DNA of 64,000 nt from Azolla caroliniana (lineage: Eukaryota; Plantae; Polypodiophyta): positions 4,650,001-4,714,000 of the forward strand of contig JBHGNT010000001.1 of NCBI GenBank assembly GCA_043228905.1, read 5' to 3'. Under the pieces are notes generated by a model that saw nothing but the letters and a program-made list of their open reading frames with translations, searched no databases and was not told where the DNA came from. Every line of letters begins with the position of its first letter. Within the stretch, counting starts at the first letter, position 1. This document shows, piece after piece, positions 37,236 through 50,400 of this stretch. Position numbers and translations under genes: made by a program.

Positions 37236-40200
37236 CTATCGCCCCTTGTGTAGATCTTCTGATGAGGCAACAGATCTTGAGAAGTAGTCAAGAGAAGTAG
37301 GAAATGTTCTTGAAGAGTCGATAGAAAATGAGGCATTTACATCGAAAGTAGCTAGTGTAGACGACTCTTCACCACCACTCCGAGAAATGTTGATTAAATG
37401 CCTATCACTCTTGGAAGTAAAAGAGGGTCTCTCGTCATTTATCGAGTACTCTCCAATTCGTTGTATGGTTTTCAACGACTGTACAACCTCCCCCATAGTT
37501 GGCCTTCGATCTACTTCAGGAGCAACACAAGACATTGCTATTGATGCCACTAGAGCAAAATCTTCGATTGGATATTGATTTGCAAGCCTAGGGTCGACAA
37601 GCTCACTCAATCTTTCACTATCTCCAAGGATAGGTAGAGCCTGCCAAATTTAACACACAAATGTGGGCAGTGTTATACGATGAAAGGAAATTCACCAAAA
37701 TAAACCACCATCATATTTCATGAACCCAAAACACCCCTAGATTTATTCAAAGTATCCCTCTCCATAATTTTTCTTCCACCTTGGGTAAATTTGAGAAATT
37801 ACATTAGAAAGAAAATTATTTGGGAGACAATGTCATTCCTACGAGCATTTTGGGAATTTCATGAAAAATGAGCAGTACTTGTGGTCATCCATAAAATACA
37901 AAGAGCAAACAGTTATGCAATATAGGAATATACCCATGTAACAAGGTTTTCTTGGCCAAAGGGTTGTGACATATCAACAGATTTTCTTCCAGAAAGAAGT
38001 TCAAGCAATACAACTCCATAGCTATATACATCACTTTTGACCAGCAAATGTCCAGTCATGGCATATTCCGGAGCTACATACCTACATATCCAAGAGTTAA
38101 CACTCAAATTTGTTTTTGGAAATATAAATTCAATGGGTCAAACACCAACATACCCCAAAAGCTTCCACAATTTACCAGAATACCTCTTTGTAGTACTAGC
38201 ATTTTTTAATTACATTGGGGCCTTTAGGCAAATAAAGATAAAAATATCAAGGAGATATCAGAGTTTTTTTCAGCATACATTTACGAGAATATTCTTTGTA
38301 GTACTAGTATTTTTATTATTACAGAGGAGTATTTGGGAAAATAAAGTTTAAAACCTCAAGGGAATGTTGGAGTTTTTTTCACAATAATAAAAGGACAACC
38401 ATAGTGTTAAGGATGCATACTATCTCTAAAACAATGATGATAGTAGTATCCACAGGGGGAACATGACATGTGTGTTAAGTAAGATGCAAATAAAAAAGAC
38501 TAACCCAAAGGTTCCCATGACTTGAGTGGAAACATAAGTTTGTTGACCCTCGGGAGCTTGCTTTGCCAAGCCAAAATCCGAAACTTTCGCATTGAACTCA
38601 TCATCCAACAATATGTTGGATGCTTTAAAATCGCGATGAATCACAGGAGGTTGTGAATCCTCGTGGAGGTATGCAAGGCCCCGTGCAGCATCCAATGCAA
38701 TCTTCATTCTCACATCCCAACTCAAGGGTTCATGCAAACCTCGGGAACCTGTCATGAATGAAAATTTTATTTACACAACTGTTTCATTCATTACTGGATG
38801 CGACTAACAAATTGTCATGGATGAAACTTGTACACCAAGAAACTATGTTCAGATATTTTAGGGTTTTTTTAAGACACACTTCACAATTTATTCCTCCAAT
38901 CAACTCAGTATTCACCTGAAGCCCAAGAAGATGCACATTTTCCATTTCACAGAAGACTCATCTCTCCTACAAACTTTAAATATGAGAGAAAATTAATTGA
39001 AGCACTCACCATGAAGCCATGATTCAAGATTTCCATTAGGAATCAGCTCATAACAGAGTAATTGTTGATGTGAGTCGGGGCTTGTGAAATAGCCAATCAA
39101 CTTCACAAGGTTACGATGATGGAGTCGACTGAGCATTTCAACTTCAACCATGAATTCATGGCCGCCACCTTGACTTCCAGCATTGAGCTTCTTGATAGCA
39201 ACTGGAGTTCCATCTTTAAGGACACCTTGATACACACGACCAAAACCACCTTCACCTAGTACACTTTTTAGTTCGAAATTATTTGTCCCATCTCGCAATT
39301 CATCGAAAGTGAAGACACGAGTGGCAAATGATCTAACTTCAAATGGACGCGTAACAGCTTCTTTGGAAATGTCCACATGCATCGAAACTTCGAAAAAGGA
39401 ACAAAAAGAGGGAAAAAGAAGAAGGGATTATTTAGATGTGTTGCTCACATAAACCACAAAAAACAATAGTAAATCACATAAAAATGCAGGCCAGGAACGA
39501 ATGGATCTATTACTGGAGTGGCATGGTTCAAGAGTTCCACTCGTGTGCCCATTTGCTCAAGGGATGAATGCCAAAACATGGCCTTTACATTCATCAAAAT
39601 AATGGCTACAATAAGCACAAAACTAGGACTATTTTAGAGAGCCTTGACAATTCCATTCCTTTCTAAGAGAGAACTACAAGATAATCTGTCATGTGTTATT
39701 CATAACCTAACTGAAGTAGTTAATCATTATGTTTTCATATTAGACGTGCTACATACCATTTTTTCTTCTCTTCTCAGCTTTATAATGTGAAAAAAATCTA
39801 CAAAGCAGGATGGCGACTGCTGCAACTGCAATAACTGCAGCAATACCAGCTATCATTAAAATATACCATGAGTGGTGGCGTTTACTCATAAAATGCTTGT
39901 TGTCAACTTGAGGAAGTATCTGCGGTAGGGGTAAGCTTGGTATCACTATACTTGGGGGTTGAACAGCTGACAAATCAACAAACAAAATAGCAATAAGTCA
40001 GTTGCTAAGGAGATGCAACACAAATTGAATAATGGCATTTAATATTCTAAAAGAAGTGGAAACACATACCAAACGGTAAGGGAAGCCCATCATATTGGAA
40101 TTGCACAAGCGTATAGTTTCCAAACAACGTGCTATTGAATCTGATTTTGCCTTGTTCTAGATTGATTTTCACAGTTTCAGCTTGCTGCATTGAGAATCTA

Positions 40201-41656
40201 ACAGTGTTCAGGGGTCCAATAATAATTCTCAAAGAAAGGTTTGACCCATTAAACTCAAATGCTGTGATCTCAATTTGAATGGTATTAAAACCCAGCTGCG
40301 ATGCCAATTCTTGTTGGAACAATCCAGTCCAGTTCAGAAAGCTTGGGGAAGCATAATCTATATGTAGCTCCAATTTTATCGGATATACACAATCACAGCT
40401 ATCATATGAAAACCCAGGTCTTGGCACCATATTTTTTGCACAACAGCCTATGCAAAATAAACGAGAACAGTTAAATACAAGAGCTTACTATTTGATAGAA
40501 AAGTAAGAGATGGGGAGGTTTGTGAAAAAGAGGAGAGGAACTGCAAAGTACTGGTAATTGCATCGAAAATAAACTGCAAAAAGTGTGAAAATTATTCTTT
40601 CCAAATTAATTTGTTCTGGATTCCTATTTCAGATGCAATAATATATACATCATTAATGTGTTCAATTAACTTTCCATATATGTGCTAGAAACCTTTATAA
40701 TGGGAAATCTGAGGATTTTCAAATTCACATCTAATGGCCAACAATTTAGCTGGTCTCCAAAACTCATACATAGCGGTTAGTTTAATAGCATCATATGCCA
40801 GTCTGCTTTCTAATATCGAGAGTCTATGAGGCTAGGCTTCCCAAACTACATGCTGAAAATTTGCTTCAATGTGTGTTTCTATGACTATGTAAAGCTTCCC
40901 AACACTTCAAAGTACTAGCCATTACTGTCCTTGAATGCAGCCTCAATACTTATTGCATATCCTTTGACCCAGAATACTTGAGTTCTCAAGTGTGATGAGA
41001 AAATATTGCAGACTCTCTTTCTCATATGATTATTATTCCGACCAAGCGCAGGCATCCAGATGAAAGATCATTTAGTTCAAGAACTAAAATTGAAGTGAAC
41101 ATTTACCAACCAGATGCCGATTATATAAGATAGAAAGGAAAAGGGAATTCATACTACCTGAGGATTTTGTCATCACTGGAGCATCTAAAGATGTCCAAGT
41201 GCTATTTGATGCAGAAGTAGTGACAGAAGGAAGTGGTGTTGTTCTCGACTCTAAAGGCACTTGTGGTGGTAATGAATGTTTTGTAGAGGGAGGTTCTTCT
41301 GCTTCGAATATCCGGACTGATGAAAACGAAGACTTAAAAGAACTATCTTCTAATAGAGACCTATACAAACGGATCCGTGGAAGAAATCTTCTCACATTCA
41401 ATTGCTTAGTTCTTGTGATTTCTTGCTTGACAGTAATCACTGATTTTTCAGAACTTCCTGGGGGAAAACTCTTGCTGAGATGTTTTGGCGACGATGATGA
41501 ATCTAGCATCTCTGCATATGTGGAAGATGCAACCAGCATTACAGAATGAGGTTTTTGCTGTCCATTACTAAGTTTAAAGTAAGCCGGAGCACATATACAA
41601 AGCAGAAGTCCAAGGACATTGACACACTCGAGAAATCCTTTGAATTTCCTCCACAT
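37236..41656 (-). CDS. Receptor-like Ser/Thr kinase, ALE2/At4g02010-like (extensin-like RLK clade)
   Basis: Exons 41656-41158, 40447-40070, 39966-39757, 39360-39010, 38748-38505, 38081-37934, 37640-37236. Signal peptide, S/P-rich ectodomain, CC..CDCVYP motif, TM helix, [41 protein letters not shown]-terminal SEDLHKGR. Confidence 0.94.
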
Positions 41657-44522
41657 TGTCCTTTTATCCTACGATTATAATAGTCGCAAGTGTAAGGTTC
41701 ATACTTGTAATGTGTAACAAATCAGCCAGTCATTGACACCAATACACTTCAGAAATCAGTTAGAAATCATCCGCACACTCTTTATGCTCAACTATAGCTC
41801 AGCTGGATACATTATCTATAGCATTTTGATCAGTTAAGGTGGTTATAATATATCATCGAGAGTAATCTATGAATATATACTGTAATCTAGAGCAGTCAAA
41901 CACTCCCTTTGATAGATCTATGGCCGTTCCCACAGTGTTTTACTGTGTCAGTCTGCATTTTTGTACCACTTCATGTTTCCATCTTGAGGAATAACAGACA
42001 TCTCTCTATCTGCAGTCTCAATACTTTGGATCATGAGAGGATTGACAAACTTCACACAACCTTCTACAACCTCTTACACAAGCATTGAAAGTTCGTTCAT
42101 CCATTAGCCCTTCAATAGCCCTTATCAAAGCTTTGGGAATTTCAACCATTCAGCTGTCTCTAGCTGCTAACATACTTTGTAAAGCCATTCATTCATCCTT
42201 CTACAACCTCTAATAAAGCTTGACAAAACAGCTCACTAGAGGGAAAAGAGGCCAAAAACAGATGAACAAAGGGCCATTGTAAACATAGATAGCAAAACAG
42301 GAAGTTTCTCTTGGGAGAAACAAAAGGAAGAAAAAGAAAAACAGCTCTGCTTCTATATTCTCGCTGTAAAAACAGCTCAAAATTAAAGCTGCTAAACCAG
42401 TGGAGAGAAATTTTATTGATAAGTTTTTTTAAACCTTTAATTTCACTGTTTCATCAATTATCATCATCTCCGATACGTTTTATTTCTGTTTATTTCTGCT
42501 TTCCTAACATAAAAGGAAACCAAAAAGAGAGAAATTGAAGGTACACAGTTAAAACACTAAAAGTAGTTGTCTTTCATGATCTATATTTCTTTACCATCAT
42601 CTCTCATCATCACATCATCTCTCTCATAGTCATCCTCTTTAGGCCCTTTCTGTCTCTCATCATCATCATCATCATCATTGTGATCATCTCTCTCATCATA
42701 ATTATGTGTCTTTGCCACAGAGGGCAGGACAATGTCTGTTTCCACTGCCCTTGCAGAGCGCCCCATTTCTGTCTCTCTATATCTACATATCTGTCTCTAG
42801 AATCTATAGAGACCCCATCTTCGGATCTCCCTCTTCGTCTCTCTCTCTAGAATCAACAGAAAACCCATCCCTCTCTCTCTCTCTCTCTCTCTCTTTGGAA
42901 TTTACAGAAAGCCTGTCCCTCTCTCACGAGTCTCCATCTCTCTGTGGAGTGGAATCTACAGAGAACCCATCTCTCTCTTCCTCTGTTTCATGTGAGTGTG
43001 TGTATTGCTTACACCTGCTTTTGCTTTTTGCTTTTTGCTTTTATAAGTATAGAAGTGGGGGGTAATCTCATTTGACAATCAGAAATCTCAAACAAAGCCA
43101 AGGGGAAGATGGGCTATTTGTTGGCGACCGGGAAGCCACGGGAAGAATTGTTGGATCGATGAACGAACCCCCCTGATGCCCATTTGTTGCTCCGTTGCCG
43201 AGAAGGATGCTCTTCCTGGGACAATTTCCTCCCTGCCCAGACCCTGACCCTGACCTAGGACCCTGAAGAGCCTCATAGCATGTTGAGAAAAGAGACCTAT
43301 CCATATATGGGAATAAGGGCTTAGGACTCGATGGTTTTTTAGTAAAAGAAAAGTGGGTTGACGATTTAAGGAATGTGTTTGTTTGATGTGCCACAAAATT
43401 ATTGGCTAGAATACAAAAATACTCATACCAAACAATTGTTATTCTATCGAGGCCCGAGATTACACCAAGTATGATGGAAACGTACAATTTTGTTTGGCTA
43501 TTCTATCGTTGAGGTGAAACACGACAAAACGATAGTAATGTATGAAATGCCCTATACTTGTGTCATGATGATCGAGGTATTCATGAAGCCTTGTCTAGTT
43601 GAAGGTCGTGTAGTGGGATGGGTTTACAAATATTTTCAAGTAATTTCTTGAATAAAAATGAAGGTTTGGGAGGTTTTTGCTCATCAAAGTGGAAGCAAAA
43701 TGTGGTTATGAGCAGACAAGTAAGATGGCATGTCTACAAACTATAGAAGGGAAAATAAAGGTGGTTAGCCTAACAAGCTATAAGGTTGGGAATAAAGTGG
43801 AAAGGCCTAAATAATGTTGAGAAAGCGCATGCAAGGTCGGGAATAAAGTGAACAAGTTTGGATCCCATTGGTAATATAAAGACACTAGTGTAGTAACACT
43901 CGTAATGCGGGGAAGTATTGTTGTCCCTTCAATAATGATTGAAATCCATGTGTTGCATGATGATGGATTTATCCTTTTGGCCACAACTAATGTTATGGGT
44001 TATCAAAATGCTTCATTTTAGCACTACACAACATTTGGCAAGGTGTGTATGATATAAATGGCAGTGTTCAAATCGTGTTTGAAACACTTTGGATACTCTT
44101 GTATACACTATAGTAGCATGGATGTGATTTTTTTTTATCTTTACAAGAAAGCGAAAGAAGTCAAGATAAAGGGTACAAGTTTGGATGTCTACATGCACGT
44201 TTAGGGTTGGTGCTATTTTCACCCATGTATCCACTTTCATACAGTCAATGGTCATTTGCATCCGTGTCAAGCATGCGATTTTTTTGGAAAGATGCCAGTT
44301 GCCCTGTCACTCCACGTCTGGATGCCAACCTATCCCCAGTGTACTTATGCCATATAGAAAGAAAGTCATATCCTCGATTTCCTTTTGCATCTAGTGAATC
44401 ATATTGTTTTCTCTTGGCTCTCAACATGTGACAAGATGTCGTATCATCTTCACATTGTTGCACATGTTTCTATTGGTATCATGTGAACCCAAGATTAGAG
44501 TATGTATACTCTCTTATGGAAA

Positions 44523-44572
<50 letters not shown>

Positions 44573-47462
44573 CTTATGAAAAAAAAGGAGAGAAATATAA
44601 AAAGAAATTTGTTGGCATCTTTGCATCATTGAGACATAAACAACTTTAATTTATTCATGAATGTGCATGAGCTAGAGACAATAGAGAGAGGGGGGAGGGA
44701 GTCAATGATTAATGCCTCACTGATTCATCAACCTCGTTTAAATAGTCTATAGAATAAAATGTTGTTACATTGCACAATGTAAGATGAGAATTATTGGCAA
44801 ACCTAGAGGTGCCTAGTAACAACAAAGGAGAAGTGAGCATTGCTATCTAATGTATCTATAAACAAATGGTAATAAAATGTTTCACCACTTCATGTGTAAA
44901 TAAGATATGAATTTCGCATCATACAATATGCCATTGCATTGCTATTGTGGTGTGATCCAGTTTAAGTGTAGAATTTTACAAATGCACAATAGTACAAAGC
45001 TTAGACTGTTATTGCATAAAGGTCTTATGCATTGATGTTTACTATTTCCAATGGTCATATTTCTCAAGTTTAGTGGCTATTGCCATTTGATTGACACTCA
45101 CACCCTAAAAAATATGCTTACAAAAACATTGCTTTTGCATAAAGCTCTCCATGAATTTTCAGTTTGATGCTTACTGATAAAAATAAACATGCTAAATAGT
45201 TTGAATTAATCAATCTAAATACGCATAAGACTCATGACCCTAAAAAATTCCTAATCTATATGAGTCCCAATCATATTTAGTAATATTAAGAATAATACGC
45301 TAATTAGCTACGGATATTGATAATCATATACTTCAAAATATAGCATTTACCTTATTTGTATCATTACATGAATTAAGGTATTATCATCAACATATTTTTG
45401 AAAATCTCCCTCATTAATACAGAAAAACATGTATCATGCTAGCATAAATTGCGTCGAAACCTCATAAAGGAAACATTACATCAATTTCTAGCTTTCGACT
45501 TACAAGAGGAAGATGAACCAATTGGTTTGAAGCATGTACTACCTTTTTGAGTTAATACACCTCTTGGATGGCATAATAAGTGCTAGATGTTTTTTTCCCG
45601 TTGGGTTTTTACTCTTTAGTACGGGTTTGCTTCGTACCAATTCATGTTTTTTTCACTATGTACTTTTGTTTCGTGAATTTTATGGCTGGCCATGGTTATC
45701 ATTATTTCTAGGAGTACTTGACATTGATTAGAATTGCATTTTAGAAAGGAGCCTTCCATGTTTTCGGTTTTTTGTAAGCATTGCATTTTAAAGGACCTTG
45801 TATTATTTTTCACTCCCGTGTTGTGGAAAAAGAGTTGTAAAAGGGAGAGGAAAGGTTCTTCGGTACGTTGGAAAATAAAGACATGTATGCGTGCATACGC
45901 TAAACTTGTCACATGACCTACGCCATTAAAACTTTGCACCAAAAAAGTACCTAATCTACTCATCCAATAAAGGATGTTATTTATTTTATATCTAATCAAG
46001 AGATGCATATTGTAGACAATATATAATTACATCCTCCATGTCACAATCTTGGCAATTGTAATCCTCTCCAAATAGCTTTGTCCATTTCCCATTCTCTATC
46101 TTCAACAGTGTGAGGCCATGTGCAAAGGCCGATGGGAGCAATCAACGTATCCACGTGTTAAGTTACCCTTGGCTAAAATACTGCAATCCAAATAACTCTT
46201 TGAGTTAACTTTCTTTGCTCGAAATAATTCTCATCCCTACAAAGTATCAACAAGGATATTTTATATTTGGTATCCCAATGTTTTATTACAAAGTGTCACA
46301 TAGTGCTTGCTAAGGTTATATATCTACTTCTCCATTTCTCTCACTCTCACGATCATAAGCATAACACAACACAAAATGTCATTCCGTTAGAGACTGTTTA
46401 GCTTAAAATAGTGCTCTTACCAACAAGTACACATGTCACATGAGCATATTAACATCATGCATTATGGAGCTTGAAGAATATGACACCTCCATATATGCTA
46501 ATCCTTTATCTCACTCTCACGATCATAAGCATAACACAACACAAAACGTCATTCCATTAGACTCCTTAGCTTAAAATAGTACTCTAACAACAAGTAAGCA
46601 ACTAAGTAACAAGTACGTACTAGAGAAGCCCCTCTCATGAAAAAAGCAGGCCATGTATATACACCCTCTTTCAATGCTACATTGAAAATAGTACGTACTC
46701 CATAAGGATAGTAAGCCATATTTTCTAATTCCAAATGACAATTAATACATTCATAGGGAATCTCAATCTTGACCATCAGTAGTGCGTTCTACTATAATGT
46801 TTTTGAGTTATTGATACTCCCTTGGCACGCAATCAGAAGTTTCGGAAAATCTATAAATTATTTCCTAAAAGCATCCAATTAATTAACAAACATTTTAAAG
46901 AGAGCTCGTGAGAGTGGACGCCCTTGCTTATGATTTACATATAACAAAGATATGACAAATGCCTGAAAATTTACAAGTAAATAAATATTTACTATTCACT
47001 TGGTGTTTGGAGTGATTTCATGTCTTCAAAGATGAGGTGCTCACGTGGCACGAAATCAGATGGTTGGTTCAAGGAATCTTGTACTTCACATTTGAAACAA
47101 CTTCCTTCCATTACAACTTGAAGAGTGACTGGTTGATCAATGGTGCTACAATGTTTTTCCAAAACCTGCTTGTTCATATGCCCTCTTTCTTCTCCATTTG
47201 AACCCATAGGCATTCAAATAGCATTGCCACAAGACAGCTGACTATGATTATCCTATTGTTCAGATTATTGTATAGATATTTTTTTGTGATGTGTATATAT
47301 GAGAGCTAATACACTTTATTCTCATTTGCACGTACAACCCATCAACCAAGTATACAAAATTACAAATCATATACTGAATGATACAAACCTTTTTACAAGC
47401 CAAAAAGTATGTATGCACCACCACAATCACATTAAGCAATAAAGAAGTGTCATTTGCCGTTG

Positions 47463-50400
47463 CTACATCAACACCTTTGATAACTTTTCCTCAGTTGTTG
47501 GACCAAGTATTTCATTTGCTCTCTTCAATGGTACATGGAAATACCGTCCAACAGAATCCTAAAAATTAATAATAAGAATGGTTGTGCTACACTGACCAAA
47601 AACATAACAATAAATCATATTTTAAGTTCTGTATATGAAAGCTTGGATTACCCTCATGACAAGTCCAAGTTTTTGCATTTTTTGAATAGCATCCTCAACT
47701 TCAAAATCGCATTTTTCTCCGAATTCCTCCATCATCAGCTGCTCACATCGAATGTCGAGATCCTATATGTATAGAACAAAAAGATAAAAAGGAATGAATA
47801 TGTCAACAACGATAAATAAAAGCTATTTTGCAAAAACACAACTCATTGTTTCCACAGTGCACTATTTTCAAAATATACCTCTGTTTTCATGAAAATCCCA
47901 AAACACTCATATGTCATGGGAGCTCTCTCATAGAACTGCCAAGCTGGTTCTAGTATCGTTTACAGAGTTTGCACCTGAAGGATATTCTACTTCATGTTGG
48001 TATGTGCAAATGATATCTACATCCTTTTCTATGCGAACAAACTACGACACATCTCCTTAAGACAGCCATTAGAAAAGTGAATTTCCACACTATTTGGTAT
48101 ACTTCCAGGTTCTGAGCCACAAACACTTCCAGAACCACCCTAATCATCCTAACGCTGATTCCTCAAAATTTGTTCCTTTCTTCTGTACATACCCTTTCAT
48201 ATGGATCCATCTGACTTAGTCTTTCAGACCCACTTTGTCCTATTGACGTTCTTGCCTGGTCTATCAAGTAAATCCCAACATTGTTTAATGGAAATATTCT
48301 TCAAGTCAGACTCCACAGCCTTTATACATTTAGGATCTTCCATTGCCTCTACCATGCTTGCTCCTCTCTTCTCCTTGACCTTCTCAAACCTGCTACCTGA
48401 TCTTCAATCAACATGCCCAATCCATCGTTGTGGAGCCAATACTTCCAGTCAAGCCATGGCCTTCCATCTTGAGCCGAATCCAATTTCTTAGGGCTCATCA
48501 CATCCTCAAGATGATCTTCATCTCAAGTTTGGATCTTTGATTCCCTCTTCACCAAACTCAGCTCATTTACTTCTTAAATAATAACTGCCATGAATGTGAG
48601 ATCGACATATTGATCCACTGCATACTTCTCTGTGCTTACTCTTCTATTCTCCTTGACCTTCTTAAACCTTTCATTTGATCTTAAATCAACAAGCCCAATC
48701 CATTGTTGTGGGGCCAATCCTCCACTCAAGATACGATCTTCCATTTTGAGCCAAATCAGATTCCTCAGGGCTCACTGAATTCTCAATACGATCTTCATCT
48801 CCAGTTATAATGCTTGCACGTGTTTCTCCAGTTCATGGTGTATCGTCCTTTTAAAGTCGCCAATCTCCTATCCAAGGTATGTGGATAATCAAATTCCACA
48901 TCTCAACTGAGTATCATCCTCCTCCTAGCTGGATTATAGAATTTGTAGGCCTCGAACCTTAGATCCAGAGCCATCTCTTTTCACTCACTGTTATAAAGAA
49001 ATTGGGGTGCATGAATCCTCATCGCTCGACTATTAGCATCTTCTAGTGGACTTTGCCTTACATCCAACAAATTGTATGTGCAGTGCACAAGAATTCCTTT
49101 TTGCTGCTTCTTCCAATGCAGTGGTCATTACAGAAATCTTATCTATTGGTCCCTTTTTTACTTTCTAGCTACCCCTATCCAAGTTGCATTTTCTTTCATT
49201 TATTCCAGACATCCTCAACGTGAGCTTTTGCACCTCTAGCTACATCTGCCCATGTTTTATATTTCCTTCACTACCTTGTCTTTTACAATGGAGGTGCATT
49301 ACCTCCTGACAATTCTTTAGATCAAGATTAGTTCATTGCGACTTTAATTATATGTCTGCATTCAGAGATTTTGTTATGTTCTTATGTAATTCTTTCTTCA
49401 AAAGAGCATATAGTTCTGTTTTTTTCTTTTCCCACACTTGTAGCATCATGTCTTCCATTTCTTCATTCAAGAAAATTTCTGTATTAGACCTTATACAATT
49501 GATCTCCTCACTAATCAATTGTCTCAATACATCAACTGTATCCTTGTTTGCATTTTACAGTACATACATTTTTATATCATGAATCCATAGAACACTTCTC
49601 AAGGGTAGCCTCGTCCACATTGGTTAACTCAATTAGTAAGGCATAGCACTATTAGTTGGTTCACTTTGTTCTCTAGGTCATTGGTTCCAACCTGGCATGA
49701 CCAAAAATCATCCCCATGGATATTAATGCATCATGATTATAGATCTACCTCTCTTTACAAGTCTCTAGATCCTAACCTTCATTAGTTGTCCAAATCAAAT
49801 TCTCTGGGATTTAGACATTTTCTTGTGGATAACAAGAAATTTAATACCATACAGATTAACCCAATACAGCAAAGAGTATTGTATGCCAACTGCAGTTGGA
49901 TCTTCCCAATATTAAGGCTATACAGATTAACTATGATGAGGATATAAAGAGATTTGATATGATAACAATTAACCTAGTGGAATAAAAATGAACTCTGCTG
50001 AGCACAATTAGGCCTTAACATGTATCAGGCTGCAGAGAGGAATGCATCAAAGACATCACCTCAGAGGAAAAAGCGGGAATAATCTCAGCAAACAAACAAA
50101 ATTAATGTAGCAAAAGCAGCACAAATATTAATGCAGTAGATATTAAGGCAAAGCATTAACCCAGCAGATACATTAACAGATTGATACAAGAAAGAGATGG
50201 GTATTGCAGATATTTTGTGAAAAATAACAGGTATTTCAGGTCTTTGTCCTACAAGCCACAGGTGAACAGTTCAACACCTGCCCCTTCCTCCACTTCAACA
50301 AGTCACAACCATTTTTTAATAAGTGACTTTACTGTATTTACTACATACATAATCAAGATCCCACATACCTCCTTTGTGGCTTTTCCTTGAGATATGAGCA

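Noticed and set aside
42581-43065. Asp-rich and Ser/Leu-rich ORFs upstream of the kinase
   Set aside because: Translations of (CAT)n and (CT)n leader or promoter microsatellites.
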